Shown: positions 1-9,879, counted from the first letter of the stretch. The stretch: DNA of 64,000 bases from Spirochaetia bacterium (GCA_963677925.2 CAXXYH010000004.1:2048001-2112000); one strand, 5' to 3'. The notes: generated by a model from the letters alone, not told the origin. Numbers and translations: made by a program.

Positions 1-1446
1 CAGGATAAAAACGCCCGGAGCCGGAACAGAAAGAAAGAATTCCTTCAGGTTCGGTGAATGCTCAATAAGCGGAAGTCTTTCTTTAGATACAGTCAGAACT
101 ACACCGTAGTTGAGATCCATGCTTCTGTACTCTTTTTCCCAGGTCGAAAGTGTAAATGAAAGGTTCTGAGGAAGAGGTCTTCCTGAATATTTTTCAAGAT
201 CCGAGATTAGCTCTTCCGAAGTGAAGTCAGCATTTCTGAAAGAGGCAAAGCTTGTCTTCTCAAGAATATATGTGCTCACCAGATCATATCGGATCAGTCT
301 TGAACATAAGGCTGCTGTAAGTTCAGCCTCCATTGTAATTCCCGGCGGAACAGAAATCTCAAAATTAGGCTCAACTCTGAGTACCGTTTCTTTGGGAAAA
401 GAGGCCGGTTCATTTATACAGTATCTGCTGCCGCAATGACTGATGAACCCGAAGGTTATAAGCGATTTTACCGCGGAAGAGACTTTAACTGAAGGCAGCG
501 GGTTTGTCCTGCCGAATATTTTCCGGCAGCTGAACATAATACCTTCAAGGATATTTTTCTTATACAGCTGTCCGGGTTCAAGCATACTGAAAAACGAAGA
601 GTTAAGTTCCGCTGCTGCTGTAAGCTCACCCTGCAGGGCTTCAGTATCCTTTAAAGCTCCTGACCCGGGGGCATGAAAAACCGCTGCGGCTGATAGAAAA
701 AGCTGCTGTTTTTCCGGAGGCATCCTGGCAAAATCTTTTACTGCGATTATATTAAGTCTTTGATATCCGGATTCTTCCTTTAAAAAGCCGCAGGTTTTAA
801 TAGTACTGTACAGGCTGATGATTAAATCTTCTGACGAAAGCCCGCTTTGTTTAATTGCCGCATCAAAGGTATCTTCAAATTTTTCTACTATTTTTTTTCT
901 TGCATTACCGTCAAGGCGGCTGATAAGCGGATTATCCGAGACAAAGGAAAGAAAAGCTGTGATAAGTCTGGTATTGAACCACCTCAGTTCTGTTTTAATA
1001 TCGTGGCCGGGCTCATTCGGGAACAAAAGGGATGTATCAAGTACTCTTTCTTTAAGTTCCTTTTTTAACAGTATATTAAGGCTGAGTTTCCGTGAACTGT
1101 GCTGCTTTTGGTCCCTGTAATCAACTTCTACAAGCAGCCGCTCCTGCAGATTTGCCACCCGGTTATGAAGTTCTATAAAGCTGTAGTTTTTGCCGAAAAA
1201 ACTGCTTAACTCATCTATTGAGACAGGAGAAAGAAGTTCGATTGCGGTTAGAATTTTTCTGTCTTCATCATCAATCAGCTTAAAAAGATTTTCCCTGACC
1301 GATGGTCTGTTAAGCATATTTTCAAGAGAACGGAGGAGGTCATGCTTATTGAAAGGAGTTTTCAAATCACCCAGATAATTCCGCATCAGTTCAAAGAAAA
1401 CGGAATCGGGAAGGGTAAGCATGTTATTCTTCCATTCGTCAATCAA
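1..1446 (-). CDS. Helicase-associated (XPB/Ssl2 N-terminal-like, Helicase_C_3) domain protein; 3' end runs off the window
   Basis: Missing from the ORF track because it is open at position 1. The minus frame reads (L)IDEWKNNMLTLPDSVFFELMRNYLGDLKTPFNKHDLL ... EPNFEISVPP ... LPQNLSFTLSTWEKEY ... HSPNLKEFFLSVPAPGVFIL. TTG start at 1446 overlaps the xpb stop; alternative ATG at 1422. Confidence 0.75.
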   Translation of the reverse strand, partial: MIDEWKNNMLTLPDSVFFELMRNYLGDLKTPFNKHDLLRSLENMLNRPSVRENLFKLIDDEDRKILTAIELLSPVSIDELSSFFGKNYSFIELHNRVANLQERLLVEVDYRDQKQHSSRKLSLNILLKKELKERVLDTSLLFPNEPGHDIKTELRWFNTRLITAFLSFVSDNPLISRLDGNARKKIVEKFEDTFDAAIKQSGLSSEDLIISLYSTIKTCGFLKEESGYQRLNIIAVKDFARMPPEKQQLFLSAAAVFHAPGSGALKDTEALQGELTAAAELNSSFFSMLEPGQLYKKNILEGIMFSCRKIFGRTNPLPSVKVSSAVKSLITFGFISHCGSRYCINEPASFPKETVLRVEPNFEISVPPGITMEAELTAALCSRLIRYDLVSTYILEKTSFASFRNADFTSEELISDLEKYSGRPLPQNLSFTLSTWEKEYRSMDLNYGVVLTVSKERLPLIEHSPNLKEFFLSVPAPGVFIL

Positions 1447-3115
1447 CTATATCATCCCATATTTCTATTGAATATTTATACCCCTGCTCAGTGAGGAATT
1501 TCTGTCTGTTTGCCGAAAATGTTTCCTCGGTAGTGTAGTTGGAAACAATCGAATAGAAATACGAATTTCTTTCCTTCGGCCTGAGAATTCTTCCAAGGCG
1601 CTGGGCTTCCTCCTGCCGTGAACCGAAGGTTCCCGAAACCTGAATGGCTACCGAGGCGTCAGGCAGATCTATTGCAAAGTTGGCAACCTTTGAAACCACG
1701 ATGACACGTTCCTCTCCTTCACGGAATTTCTGGTAGATTACCTCACGTTCGCTGTTCGGTGTCTTTCCTGTAATGAGGGGAGCCTTGAGTTTCTTTGCAA
1801 GAAGATGGAGCTGATCCAGATACTGGCCGATGACAATAACCGCGTCTTCCGGATGGTTGTCGATAAGCTGGGTTGTAATCTGAATCTTACGCGGATTTTC
1901 ACTGGCTATTCTGAACTTCTGCCGTTTGTCGGATGCTGCATATTCAATCATCATCCTTTCAGGCATATCCACCCTGATCTCGCAGCAGCTTGCTTCGGCT
2001 ATCCAGCCCTTTGCTTCAAGCTCCTTCCATGGTACGTCAAAGCGCTTCGGGCCGATGAGTGAGAATACGTCGGATTCTCTTCCGTCTTCACGAAGCAGGG
2101 TAGCTGTAAGCCCGAGACGCCTCATTGCCTGTATTTCTGCGGTTACCCTGAATACAGGTGCCGGCAGAAGATGAACCTCGTCATATATGATCAGGCCCCA
2201 TCCGCCTTCAGAGAATATTCTGAAATGGGGAAAATCACTTTCCTTATCAGGGCGCCAGGTCAGAATCTGGTATGTCGCAATTGTAACCGGTTTTATTTCT
2301 TTTTTGGCGCCTGTATATTCGCCGATTTCATCGGCTGTAAGTGAGGTTTTGTCCAGCAGTTCTCTCATCCACTGATGGACAGCCGCAACATTGGTGGTAA
2401 TTATAAGTGTGTTTGTTCTGCACAGATCCATGGTCTTTATACCGACTATGGTTTTTCCCGAGCCGCAGGGAAGTACTACCGTACCGAATCCGTAGCCTCT
2501 TTCTCCGCCGCCGTGAAAGGCGTTCGCTGCATTGTCCTGATAGTCCCGTGTATTGAAGCTGCTGCCGGATGCTGAAATCTCACGGAGACTGAAATCAAGC
2601 GGCTTACCGTCTTTAAGCGGTGCAGTATCTTTTACCGGCCATCCCAGCTTGATAAGTTCGACCTTGACTGTCCCGCGGTCAACCAGTTTTACGAGAAAGC
2701 CGTCACCCTCTCTAATCAGATATTTTGCCAGGCCCTTTCTTGCTTCAAGTTCTGCCACTATATAGCTGTTCTCTGCTTCAAGGAAGAGGAAATCAGGATT
2801 CTCGGTTTCTTTCAGTACGAGCTGTCCGAACCTGTCCACAGTCTGTCTGATAGTAAAACTGACATTTTCAGGAACATCAAATTTCGACCACTTTGAAAGT
2901 CTTTCAAGAATGTTGTCTGCTGAAATTCCGGCGGACGCTGCATTCCACAGAGACAGTGGTGATATTCTGAATGTATGAATATGTTCAGGTGACTTTTCAA
3001 GTTCGGCAAAAGCGGCAATATCAGTACGTGCCTCATCGGCAAAAGGATGATGCACATCCAGCATCAGTGAACTGTCACTTTGTACTATAAGAGGTGTTTT
3101 ATCATCCTTTACCAT
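1439..3115 (-). CDS. xpb: DNA repair helicase XPB (Rad25/ERCC3 family, SF2)
   Basis: N-terminal PLIVQSDSSLMLDV ... AELEKSPEHIHTFRISPLSLWNAASAG; motif I VLPCGSGKT; DEVH; LGLTATLLRED; QEEAQRLGRILRPK. Confidence 0.95.
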   Translation of the reverse strand: MVKDDKTPLIVQSDSSLMLDVHHPFADEARTDIAAFAELEKSPEHIHTFRISPLSLWNAASAGISADNILERLSKWSKFDVPENVSFTIRQTVDRFGQLVLKETENPDFLFLEAENSYIVAELEARKGLAKYLIREGDGFLVKLVDRGTVKVELIKLGWPVKDTAPLKDGKPLDFSLREISASGSSFNTRDYQDNAANAFHGGGERGYGFGTVVLPCGSGKTIVGIKTMDLCRTNTLIITTNVAAVHQWMRELLDKTSLTADEIGEYTGAKKEIKPVTIATYQILTWRPDKESDFPHFRIFSEGGWGLIIYDEVHLLPAPVFRVTAEIQAMRRLGLTATLLREDGRESDVFSLIGPKRFDVPWKELEAKGWIAEASCCEIRVDMPERMMIEYAASDKRQKFRIASENPRKIQITTQLIDNHPEDAVIVIGQYLDQLHLLAKKLKAPLITGKTPNSEREVIYQKFREGEERVIVVSKVANFAIDLPDASVAIQVSGTFGSRQEEAQRLGRILRPKERNSYFYSIVSNYTTEETFSANRQKFLTEQGYKYSIEIWDDIVD

Positions 3116-3123
3116 AACTGATG

Positions 3124-3152
3124 AGCTTATCAGAGAAAATATTTAGAATCAA
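3124..3152 (-). promoter_or_regulatory. Sigma-70-type promoter of xpb, probably leaderless
   Basis: TTGATT-17 nt-TAAGCT, ending 8 nt before the ATG at 3115; no Shine-Dalgarno. Confidence 0.55.
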
Positions 3153-3165
3153 TACGAAGTGGAAA

Positions 3166-3894
3166 TTAAACCGGCGATGCCGATTTTCCAGCCTTGATTT
3201 TTGATGTTATTGCAGTAAATTTCAGTTCCGCATTTTTCATCTGCGGTTCTTTCATACTTCCTGATGATGTAAGCCGTTCATTGAAAAGCTTGCCCGCTTC
3301 ATTGCTTAAATTTGTATAAACCTTACAGAGTACAGCGTCTGTTTCTTCCGCAAGAAGTATAATAAGAGATTCCCAGTCAATAGCCTTGAGAAGGAAGGAA
3401 ATTTCATAGTCTTCAGCATCAAGAAGCCACTGACCTGATGGAGTGCGTGCTGCCTTATCAGCAGTACAAAGTTCCTTTACATAGGCCTGATAATCAGTGT
3501 TTCTGCCTGTTTTATAAAGTTCGAACTCATCCTCGCCCAGAAAAGAAAGCAGGACTTCCTCTGTAAGACTTTGCGGATCTCCGCGCATGATTGAAAGAAT
3601 TCCTTCCTTAATCATCGTCATCTCAAGAAGCTTTGCACCTGAGCCGCCTCTTACTGCAAGCCTTATATCAAGGATTCTTTCAATAACCGTATATTCGTAG
3701 CCCTTTCCGAGAAGGTTGATGCATTCCCGTAAAAAGAGATTGTTTATGCCTTCGGAATCCTGACTTAAAGCAAGAAGCCCGTCCGTTCTGGCCTTCTTGG
3801 ACTGGTTGAGGATTTCCTTCAACAGAAATACTGATGCTTTTTTTTCTTCGGGAGTACATTTTATAAATTGACTGAATTCTGCGTTGTATACCAT
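3166..3894 (-). CDS. Soluble MotA-cytoplasmic-like / FliG C-terminal domain protein
   Basis: ARTDGLLAL..FLRECINLLGKG and MIKEGILSIMRGDPQSLTEEVLLSFL resemble the MotA cytoplasmic segments. ISFLLKAIDWESLIILL..KVYTNLSNEAGKLFNERL..GSMKEPQMKNAELKF resembles FliG_C. No transmembrane stretch; GGGAGG RBS. Confidence 0.6.
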   Translation of the reverse strand: MVYNAEFSQFIKCTPEEKKASVFLLKEILNQSKKARTDGLLALSQDSEGINNLFLRECINLLGKGYEYTVIERILDIRLAVRGGSGAKLLEMTMIKEGILSIMRGDPQSLTEEVLLSFLGEDEFELYKTGRNTDYQAYVKELCTADKAARTPSGQWLLDAEDYEISFLLKAIDWESLIILLAEETDAVLCKVYTNLSNEAGKLFNERLTSSGSMKEPQMKNAELKFTAITSKIKAGKSASPV

Positions 3895-4049
3895 TTTTTC
3901 CTCCCATCAATGGATTTAATTAATCTTTCTGAAGCTATCACGCAATGACTGTGATATCCGGGAAAAATGGTAATTTGAGATAAAATCAGTAATTAGTACT
4001 ATGAAATTATTAGGAGTAGTAAGTCCGTTCTAATACTCTGCTTTAGCGG

Positions 4050-4078
4050 TTCACATTGTAATGTTTTATAAATATAAT
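4050..4078 (+). promoter_or_regulatory. Sigma-70-type promoter of the ECF operon, probably leaderless
   Basis: TTCACA-17 nt-TATAAT, 7 nt before ATG 4086; no SD. Confidence 0.6.
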
Positions 4079-4085
4079 CACACTC

Positions 4086-5588
4086 ATGCGGAAAATTCTT
4101 GATGTTACGCAAATATTTTTTAAATATCCCGATTATCCAGGGTTAAAAGGCAGAGATGTTCTTGAAGATGTTTCATTTGAGATTAAGCCGGGAGAAATTT
4201 GTGTAATTGCAGGAGGTCCTGAATCAGGAAAATCAACACTGGCCGGTATTTCCGCAGGTCTTATCCCTCTTCATACAGGCGGCAGATTGTCCGGACAGGT
4301 TTTTCTTGGTGATACTAATGTTCTTAATACTCCTCCGGCAAAGCTTGTCGGCGAGCGGGGAATTGTTTTTCAGGATCCAGAGAAACAGATTATTACAACA
4401 GTCTGCGGCGCAGAAACAGCCTTTCCTCTGGAATCTCTGGGAGTAGAGAAGAGACTGATGCAGACTGCCGTGACAAAGGCTCTCGAATCTGCCGGGCTTG
4501 CCGGTTATGAGCAGGTTTCCACTTCTGCGCTCTCCGGCGGAGAGAAGAAAAAACTTGGGCTGGCCGGGCTGTTTGCTGTGAGTCCAGGGCTCTGGATTCT
4601 TGACGAGACTATCGAGGAGCTTGATAAACCTACGCGGCACCTTATAATGAAAAGCCTGCGTGATTCAGGAGCTGCAGTTATACTTTTTACTTCCAAGTTT
4701 CTTGAAACATTCGATGAATACGCTGATTCGCTGTATATCCTGAAGGACCGCCGGATTTCGGTAAAGCACCGGCTTCCTGCTTCGTCTGAGCTGAAGAAGC
4801 TGCTTCAGGATAATGATCTTCTATATAAGACAGACATTCAGGAAAGGATATTATCTGACAAAGATCCAGCAGATTCTGCAGAAAGTCTGAGTCGGCCTGT
4901 AATCGAAACTTCAGATATCAGCTATCAATATCCTAATGCAGACTTTGCTGTTTCTGAGATAGATTTACACCTCAGTGAAGGTGAGGTTCTTGCGCTGGCC
5001 GGCAGAAACGGCTGCGGAAAGAGTACCCTTGCCAGAGTTCTCTGCGGGCTGCTTGAGCCGGGGCAGGGGGCAATAAAAATTGATGCTCAACCTGCCGATT
5101 CCGGACTTCTGAACCGTTGTGTAGCGTATATGTTTCAGAATCCTGATTACCAGATTTTTCTGCCAACGGTTGAGCAGGAACTTTCGTGGGGACTCAGAGA
5201 AGCCGGTTTTTCATCCGCGATAATCCATGAGAAGGTTAATGAGGCAGCCGCTCTGTTCAAGCTGCCTGCTATGGATACTCCTCCGGCGATGATGAGCTTC
5301 AGCGCCCGTAAACGCCTTCAGGCTGCTGTGTATTATCTGCTGAAGCGGCGGGTTTTTATTCTTGATGAAGCTGACACCGGGCTTTCATTCCGGGAGTTTA
5401 CAAGTCTCCTTGAGCTTCTTAAAAAAGAATGCAGCGGTATAATCCTGATTACCCATAATATAGAAGTAATTCCGGATACATGTAACAGGGTAATCTGTAT
5501 GGATAAGGGAAGAATATCCTGTGAATTTGTAAAACCTGAATTATCAGTGATTTCTGAATGGTTCAGCGAAAGCGGCGGTGAGAAATGA
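4086..5588 (+). CDS. ECF transporter fused double ATPase (EcfA-A')
   Basis: Two ABC domains: GGPESGKST / FQDP / LSGGEKKK / ILDE and GRNGCGKST / FQNPDYQIF / ILDE / ITH. Confidence 0.9.
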   Translation: MRKILDVTQIFFKYPDYPGLKGRDVLEDVSFEIKPGEICVIAGGPESGKSTLAGISAGLIPLHTGGRLSGQVFLGDTNVLNTPPAKLVGERGIVFQDPEKQIITTVCGAETAFPLESLGVEKRLMQTAVTKALESAGLAGYEQVSTSALSGGEKKKLGLAGLFAVSPGLWILDETIEELDKPTRHLIMKSLRDSGAAVILFTSKFLETFDEYADSLYILKDRRISVKHRLPASSELKKLLQDNDLLYKTDIQERILSDKDPADSAESLSRPVIETSDISYQYPNADFAVSEIDLHLSEGEVLALAGRNGCGKSTLARVLCGLLEPGQGAIKIDAQPADSGLLNRCVAYMFQNPDYQIFLPTVEQELSWGLREAGFSSAIIHEKVNEAAALFKLPAMDTPPAMMSFSARKRLQAAVYYLLKRRVFILDEADTGLSFREFTSLLELLKKECSGIILITHNIEVIPDTCNRVICMDKGRISCEFVKPELSVISEWFSESGGEK

Positions 5589-6373
5589 TAGCCGATAATT
5601 ATCTGGATTGGGAAAGCCTTCTGCACCGCTTTGATCCAAGACTGAAACTGCTGCTGACTCTTGTATCGATTGCTTTTTTCTTCGCAGAGAAAAATGTTCT
5701 CATTCAGGGTGGATTTTTTCTGCTGATTTTTCTGATTTCGGTAATCACAGCCGGCTTTAGAAACTCATTTCACCCGCTTAAGTTGATTTTTCCTATCCTG
5801 ATTCTTACCGCTGTTCTTACACCTGCCTTTCACCGGACGGGCGAGGCTGTCATTACTGTCGGTAATGCAGCTGTCCTGACAGTCGACGGAATGATGCTTG
5901 CGGTCTCTCTGCTGCTCAGGTTTTCCGGAATCACAACAGTTTTCTATGTTTTCTTCAGTTCTACCAGAACTATGGATTTTATACTTGCACTCAGATTTTT
6001 CGGTCTGCCGCATAAGGCTGCGCTTACCACGGAAATTTCACTGCGTTTTATTCCGTATATGTTCAGGATTCATTCCAATATCAACGATGCCCATAAACTG
6101 CGAAGGGCAGGACTAAGTTCTTCTGAAAAAGAGAAAAGCTTTTTAGGATTTATGCACAGGCTGAGAAACCTGTTTCCAGTTCTTACATCAGTACTTATTC
6201 AGGCTGTAAAGAGCATCCCCTCACTTTCGATGGCTCTTGATTCAAAGGGCTTTGGTATGAATGCCGGTCGAACAAGTTACCGGGAACTTCCACTGCTGAA
6301 TAAGTCTTCCGGACAGATACTAATAACAGTTCTTTTTATTGCGGCTCTTGTCATCATTCTTGTCATTGTTTAA
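5585..6373 (+). CDS. ecfT: ECF transporter transmembrane component T
   Basis: SLLHRFDPRLKL start, ISLRFIP, AHKLRR and ALDSKGF conserved motifs; multiple TM helices; ATGA overlap with the ATPase gene. Confidence 0.9.
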   Translation: MIADNYLDWESLLHRFDPRLKLLLTLVSIAFFFAEKNVLIQGGFFLLIFLISVITAGFRNSFHPLKLIFPILILTAVLTPAFHRTGEAVITVGNAAVLTVDGMMLAVSLLLRFSGITTVFYVFFSSTRTMDFILALRFFGLPHKAALTTEISLRFIPYMFRIHSNINDAHKLRRAGLSSSEKEKSFLGFMHRLRNLFPVLTSVLIQAVKSIPSLSMALDSKGFGMNAGRTSYRELPLLNKSSGQILITVLFIAALVIILVIV

Positions 6374-6382
6374 TATTCCTGC

Positions 6383-6913
6383 ATGAATGATGAAACACAA
6401 AAGAGCGGATTTACATCCGGCAGAATAGCCGCGGTTGCGGTAATGACAGCTGTTACCATGGTATTTACCTATATAGTCCGGGTTCCTGTAGCGCCGACAC
6501 GGGGGTATATAAACCTTGGTGATGTAGCCGTAATGTTCACAGCCTTTACTTTCGGCCCCTTTACAGCCCTGATATCTGGAGGCCTTGGTCCCGCTATTGC
6601 CGATATAGTTTCGGGTTATGCGCAGTGGGCTCCCCTGACTTTTGTTGCCCATGGACTCCAGGGGCTGGCGGCTGCTCTTATTTTCAGAGCAGTGAAGAAA
6701 GAAGTTTTAGGGGTTGTTCTTGGAGGTCTGTCAGGAATGATTATAATGGCCGGACTGTATCTGCTGGGCGGCGGTTTTATGGTCGGCTTTGAAGCAGCGG
6801 CTGTTGAAGCTCCGATGAACCTTCTGCAGAGCGGTGTGGGGCTTGTCGGCGGATATGTTCTTTCAAAGGCAGTCCGTAAGGCATATCCTCCTGTATCCCG
6901 CCTGGCCTGGTAA
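6383..6913 (+). CDS. ECF transporter S (substrate-binding) component
   Basis: 176 aa hydrophobic protein with AxxxA motif, VPVAPTRGYINLGD, GLGPAIADI and WAPLTF. Confidence 0.85.
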   Translation: MNDETQKSGFTSGRIAAVAVMTAVTMVFTYIVRVPVAPTRGYINLGDVAVMFTAFTFGPFTALISGGLGPAIADIVSGYAQWAPLTFVAHGLQGLAAALIFRAVKKEVLGVVLGGLSGMIIMAGLYLLGGGFMVGFEAAAVEAPMNLLQSGVGLVGGYVLSKAVRKAYPPVSRLAW

Positions 6914-6923
6914 TTCACTATCA

Positions 6924-7781
6924 ATGAAATATAACGGAAGAATCATAGATTTTCATACTCATATTCAGCCTGCGGATGTTATTTCAGACAGGATTCCCTA
7001 TGTCGGGACTGAACCGGATTTCAGCCTCCTGTATTCTGATCCGGAGGCAAAGTTGTCAGGACCGGAAGATAATCTGGCAATGATGGATAAGTACGGGGTC
7101 AGCTCTTCGGTAATTCTGGGATTCGCCTGGAGGAATGAAAAGACACTGCGGCTTCATAACGATACTATTATTGAATCTGTTAAAAAATATCCGGGAAGTT
7201 TTTACGGCTTCTGCTGTGTCTATCCCTTCAGTACTGGTGCGGCCTCTGAAGCTGCACGCTGTCTGGAGTCCGGGGCTTCCGGGATAGGTGAAATCGGACT
7301 GTACGACAGGGATCTTGATCGGGAATATATTGAGGCCATGGAGCCGGTGATGAAGGTCTGCCGGGATTTCGACCGCCCTGTGATGATGCATGTGAATGAG
7401 CCTGTAGGTCATGTCTATGACGGCAAGGCGCCCATGTCTATCAAGGGCATCTATGATTTTGTCCGTGAGTATCCCGATAACCGTATTGTCCTTGCTCATT
7501 GGGGCGGGGGGCTTTTCTTTTTCAGTTCACTTAAAAAGGAAGTCGGTGATGTACTTAAAAACGTATGGTATGACAGTGCGGCATCACCGTACCTTTTTAA
7601 ACCGTCTGTATGGAAGCTTGCCGCAGAAACTGTCGGTGTCGAGAAAATACTCTTCGGTACAGATTTTCCTCTGCTTACAGCTAAACGATTCTTGGAAGAA
7701 CTTGAGAACAGCGGATTCAGTAACGAAGAGCTTGAGATGATTTTTTTCAGGAATGCTCTGAAGCTGCTTAATTTGCAGTAA
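6924..7781 (+). CDS. Amidohydrolase_2 family metallohydrolase
   Basis: IIDFHTH, GIGE, VMMHV, VLAHWGGG, ILFGTDFP. The likely start is ATG 6924, not 6834. Confidence 0.85.
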   Translation: MKYNGRIIDFHTHIQPADVISDRIPYVGTEPDFSLLYSDPEAKLSGPEDNLAMMDKYGVSSSVILGFAWRNEKTLRLHNDTIIESVKKYPGSFYGFCCVYPFSTGAASEAARCLESGASGIGEIGLYDRDLDREYIEAMEPVMKVCRDFDRPVMMHVNEPVGHVYDGKAPMSIKGIYDFVREYPDNRIVLAHWGGGLFFFSSLKKEVGDVLKNVWYDSAASPYLFKPSVWKLAAETVGVEKILFGTDFPLLTAKRFLEELENSGFSNEELEMIFFRNALKLLNLQ

Positions 7782-9879
7782 CTACCTTAGCATCCAGCAC
7801 CAGCCAGCCCTGCTTTGTCCAAACTATAGGGTTGATATCAATATGCCCTCCGTCTTCTGCTACAACCGAAGCCAGAACAGACATTCTGCTGATTATAGAA
7901 GACAGTGCTGATTTATCCATTTCACTTCCCCGGTATCCGGAAAGGACCGGGGCTATTTCAAGTTCGTCAAGCATACTTTCTGCTGTCAGTTTTCCGCAGG
8001 GAGCCAGCCTGAAGGATGTGTCGCGGTAAAGTTCGGTTAATATACCGCCTGCACCTGCCATAACTGCCGGGCCGAAGGTCGCATCATTGAGCGAGCCTAG
8101 AATGACTTCCGGGGTGGTATATTTGATCATTGGAGTGATAAGAAAGTTTTCGCCGCGAAATTTATTTCTCAGCTCGCCAATTACTGATTCAATCTCGGGC
8201 TGCATTACATTTAAAACAACTCCTCCGGCATCAGTTTTGTGTATCACTTCGGCGGAGCAGAGTTTTACTGCCGCCGGGAAGGATGATAAAGGAATTGATT
8301 CAACCGGAATCTCAGGTTTAAGCAAAAAATCCGCCGGAACAGGAAGTCCCGCTTTTTTAAGTAGCTGTTTTGCTTCAAACTCATCGGCTTTTCCCGGGAT
8401 CTTCAGTGAAGTTTTCCAGCTGTCAAATACCTCTTTCATTTCATTTTCCGATAGACATCCGTCATCAATGCAGTCATCACTGCAGTCTTTTATCTGTTTT
8501 AAAATATTTCCTCTTTCAACAAGAAATCTTGCCGCTCTTACAACCCTGCTTATCGATGAAAAGCCGGCTACACCATGTCTGTAGAAATCAAGGAGGTTCT
8601 TTTCTGTAAAAGGTCCGAACTCGCTGAAAACAAGGATTGGTTTGCTTGCTTTTCTCACTACTTCAGCGATCATTTCAATCAGGTCATCTGATATTGAGGG
8701 GGGAGAAAATAGGGCAATACAGATTATTATATCGACCCCCTCGTCATCAAGGAGGGCGTTCAGAGTTTCAACATACATTCCGTTGTCGGCGCTGGCAGTG
8801 AAATCTATCGGATTTGCACAGGAAGCAAACGGGAAGGTTTTCTGCTTTATGCGTTCGACGGTTTCCGGCGCCAGCTTTGCCATCTTAAGATCCGCCCTGG
8901 TTCCTGCGGTGTCTATATAGTCTGTGCACATTACTCCGAAGCCTCCGGCGGAAGTAACAACAGCTACACGGTTGCCTTCTGCATGGTTCAGCATTGAAAG
9001 AACCTTCGAGCTGTCGCATAGTTCCTCATCATCCATTGCCCGCTGGATTCCATACTGTTTGAGGGCTCCGTTTATTACGCTGTCTGAACCTGCCAGACGT
9101 CCTGTATGGGACCCGGCCGCAGCTGCTCCGGCTGCAGTTCTTCCGGCCTTCAGGACAACCACCGGTTTATCCATTGTAATATCTTCAGCTGTATTCAGGA
9201 AATTCCTGCCGCCTTCAATGCTTTCAAGATATAGTGCAATACAGTTTGTTTCAGGATCTTCAGCGAACCATGGCATAAAATCCATTTCGCTGAGATCCGT
9301 CTTGTTTCCAGTACCTATAAAGGCCTTCATTCCGTACCCTGTGTTGCTTGCAAGCCCCAGGGATTCAACTCCTACAGAGCCGCTTTGCGAAATAAAGGCT
9401 ATACTGCCTCCGGCGGCCAGGGCCTTATCACCGTGTTCAACAAAGATGGTGTCGAGGTCCATGTCCGGTATGAAAATGCCCAGGGAGTTCGGGCCGAGTA
9501 TTCTTGTGTTATATTCTTCCGCTATCTGCTTGAGTCTGAGCTCGTGCTGTTTACCATCGGAACCTGTTTCACCGAATCCTCCGGCAACAATGATCACGAA
9601 TGCAGTTCCCTTTTTGGCGCACTGCTCAGCTGATTCCACAGCAAGGGCTGCCGCTACTGTGACCACAGCTACATCGGGGCTGCACGGCAGGTCGTCAACC
9701 GATTTGTAGGTAGGAATATGAAACACAGTCTCGTATTTCGGGTTTACCGGATAAAGCCGGGCACTGCTTCTAAGCAGATTCTTCATTATTATCGCACCAG
9801 CCTTGCCCTCGGCTTCGGATGCACCTATTACGGCTATACATTTTGGGTTAACCAGTCTGCTGATATCGGGGTTATTCAT
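7768..9879 (-). CDS. Acetate/acyl-CoA ligase (ADP-forming), fused alpha-beta
   Basis: CoA-binding IAVIGAS, ILGPNSLG, FISQSG, phospho-His motif AGSHTGRLAG, ATP-grasp HKTDAGGV and DINPI. Start placed at MNNPDIS (9879). Confidence 0.9.
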   Translation of the reverse strand: MNNPDISRLVNPKCIAVIGASEAEGKAGAIIMKNLLRSSARLYPVNPKYETVFHIPTYKSVDDLPCSPDVAVVTVAAALAVESAEQCAKKGTAFVIIVAGGFGETGSDGKQHELRLKQIAEEYNTRILGPNSLGIFIPDMDLDTIFVEHGDKALAAGGSIAFISQSGSVGVESLGLASNTGYGMKAFIGTGNKTDLSEMDFMPWFAEDPETNCIALYLESIEGGRNFLNTAEDITMDKPVVVLKAGRTAAGAAAAGSHTGRLAGSDSVINGALKQYGIQRAMDDEELCDSSKVLSMLNHAEGNRVAVVTSAGGFGVMCTDYIDTAGTRADLKMAKLAPETVERIKQKTFPFASCANPIDFTASADNGMYVETLNALLDDEGVDIIICIALFSPPSISDDLIEMIAEVVRKASKPILVFSEFGPFTEKNLLDFYRHGVAGFSSISRVVRAARFLVERGNILKQIKDCSDDCIDDGCLSENEMKEVFDSWKTSLKIPGKADEFEAKQLLKKAGLPVPADFLLKPEIPVESIPLSSFPAAVKLCSAEVIHKTDAGGVVLNVMQPEIESVIGELRNKFRGENFLITPMIKYTTPEVILGSLNDATFGPAVMAGAGGILTELYRDTSFRLAPCGKLTAESMLDELEIAPVLSGYRGSEMDKSALSSIISRMSVLASVVAEDGGHIDINPIVWTKQGWLVLDAKVVTAN

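Noticed and set aside
221-1378. Short plus-strand ORFs at the window start, and short ORFs in 61920..63846
   Set aside because: They overlap the open-ended real genes (helicase-associated protein and dnaE).
3936-3956. TATCAC-N9-GTGATA palindrome upstream of the MotA/FliG-like gene
   Set aside because: Only 6-bp arms and no second copy seen; could be chance.
8924-9709. Long antisense ORFs (also 8087..8584, 22790..23302, 23151..23666, 47753..48469, 51283..51732)
   Set aside because: They are shadows on the opposite strand of well-supported genes, with no motifs or RBS.
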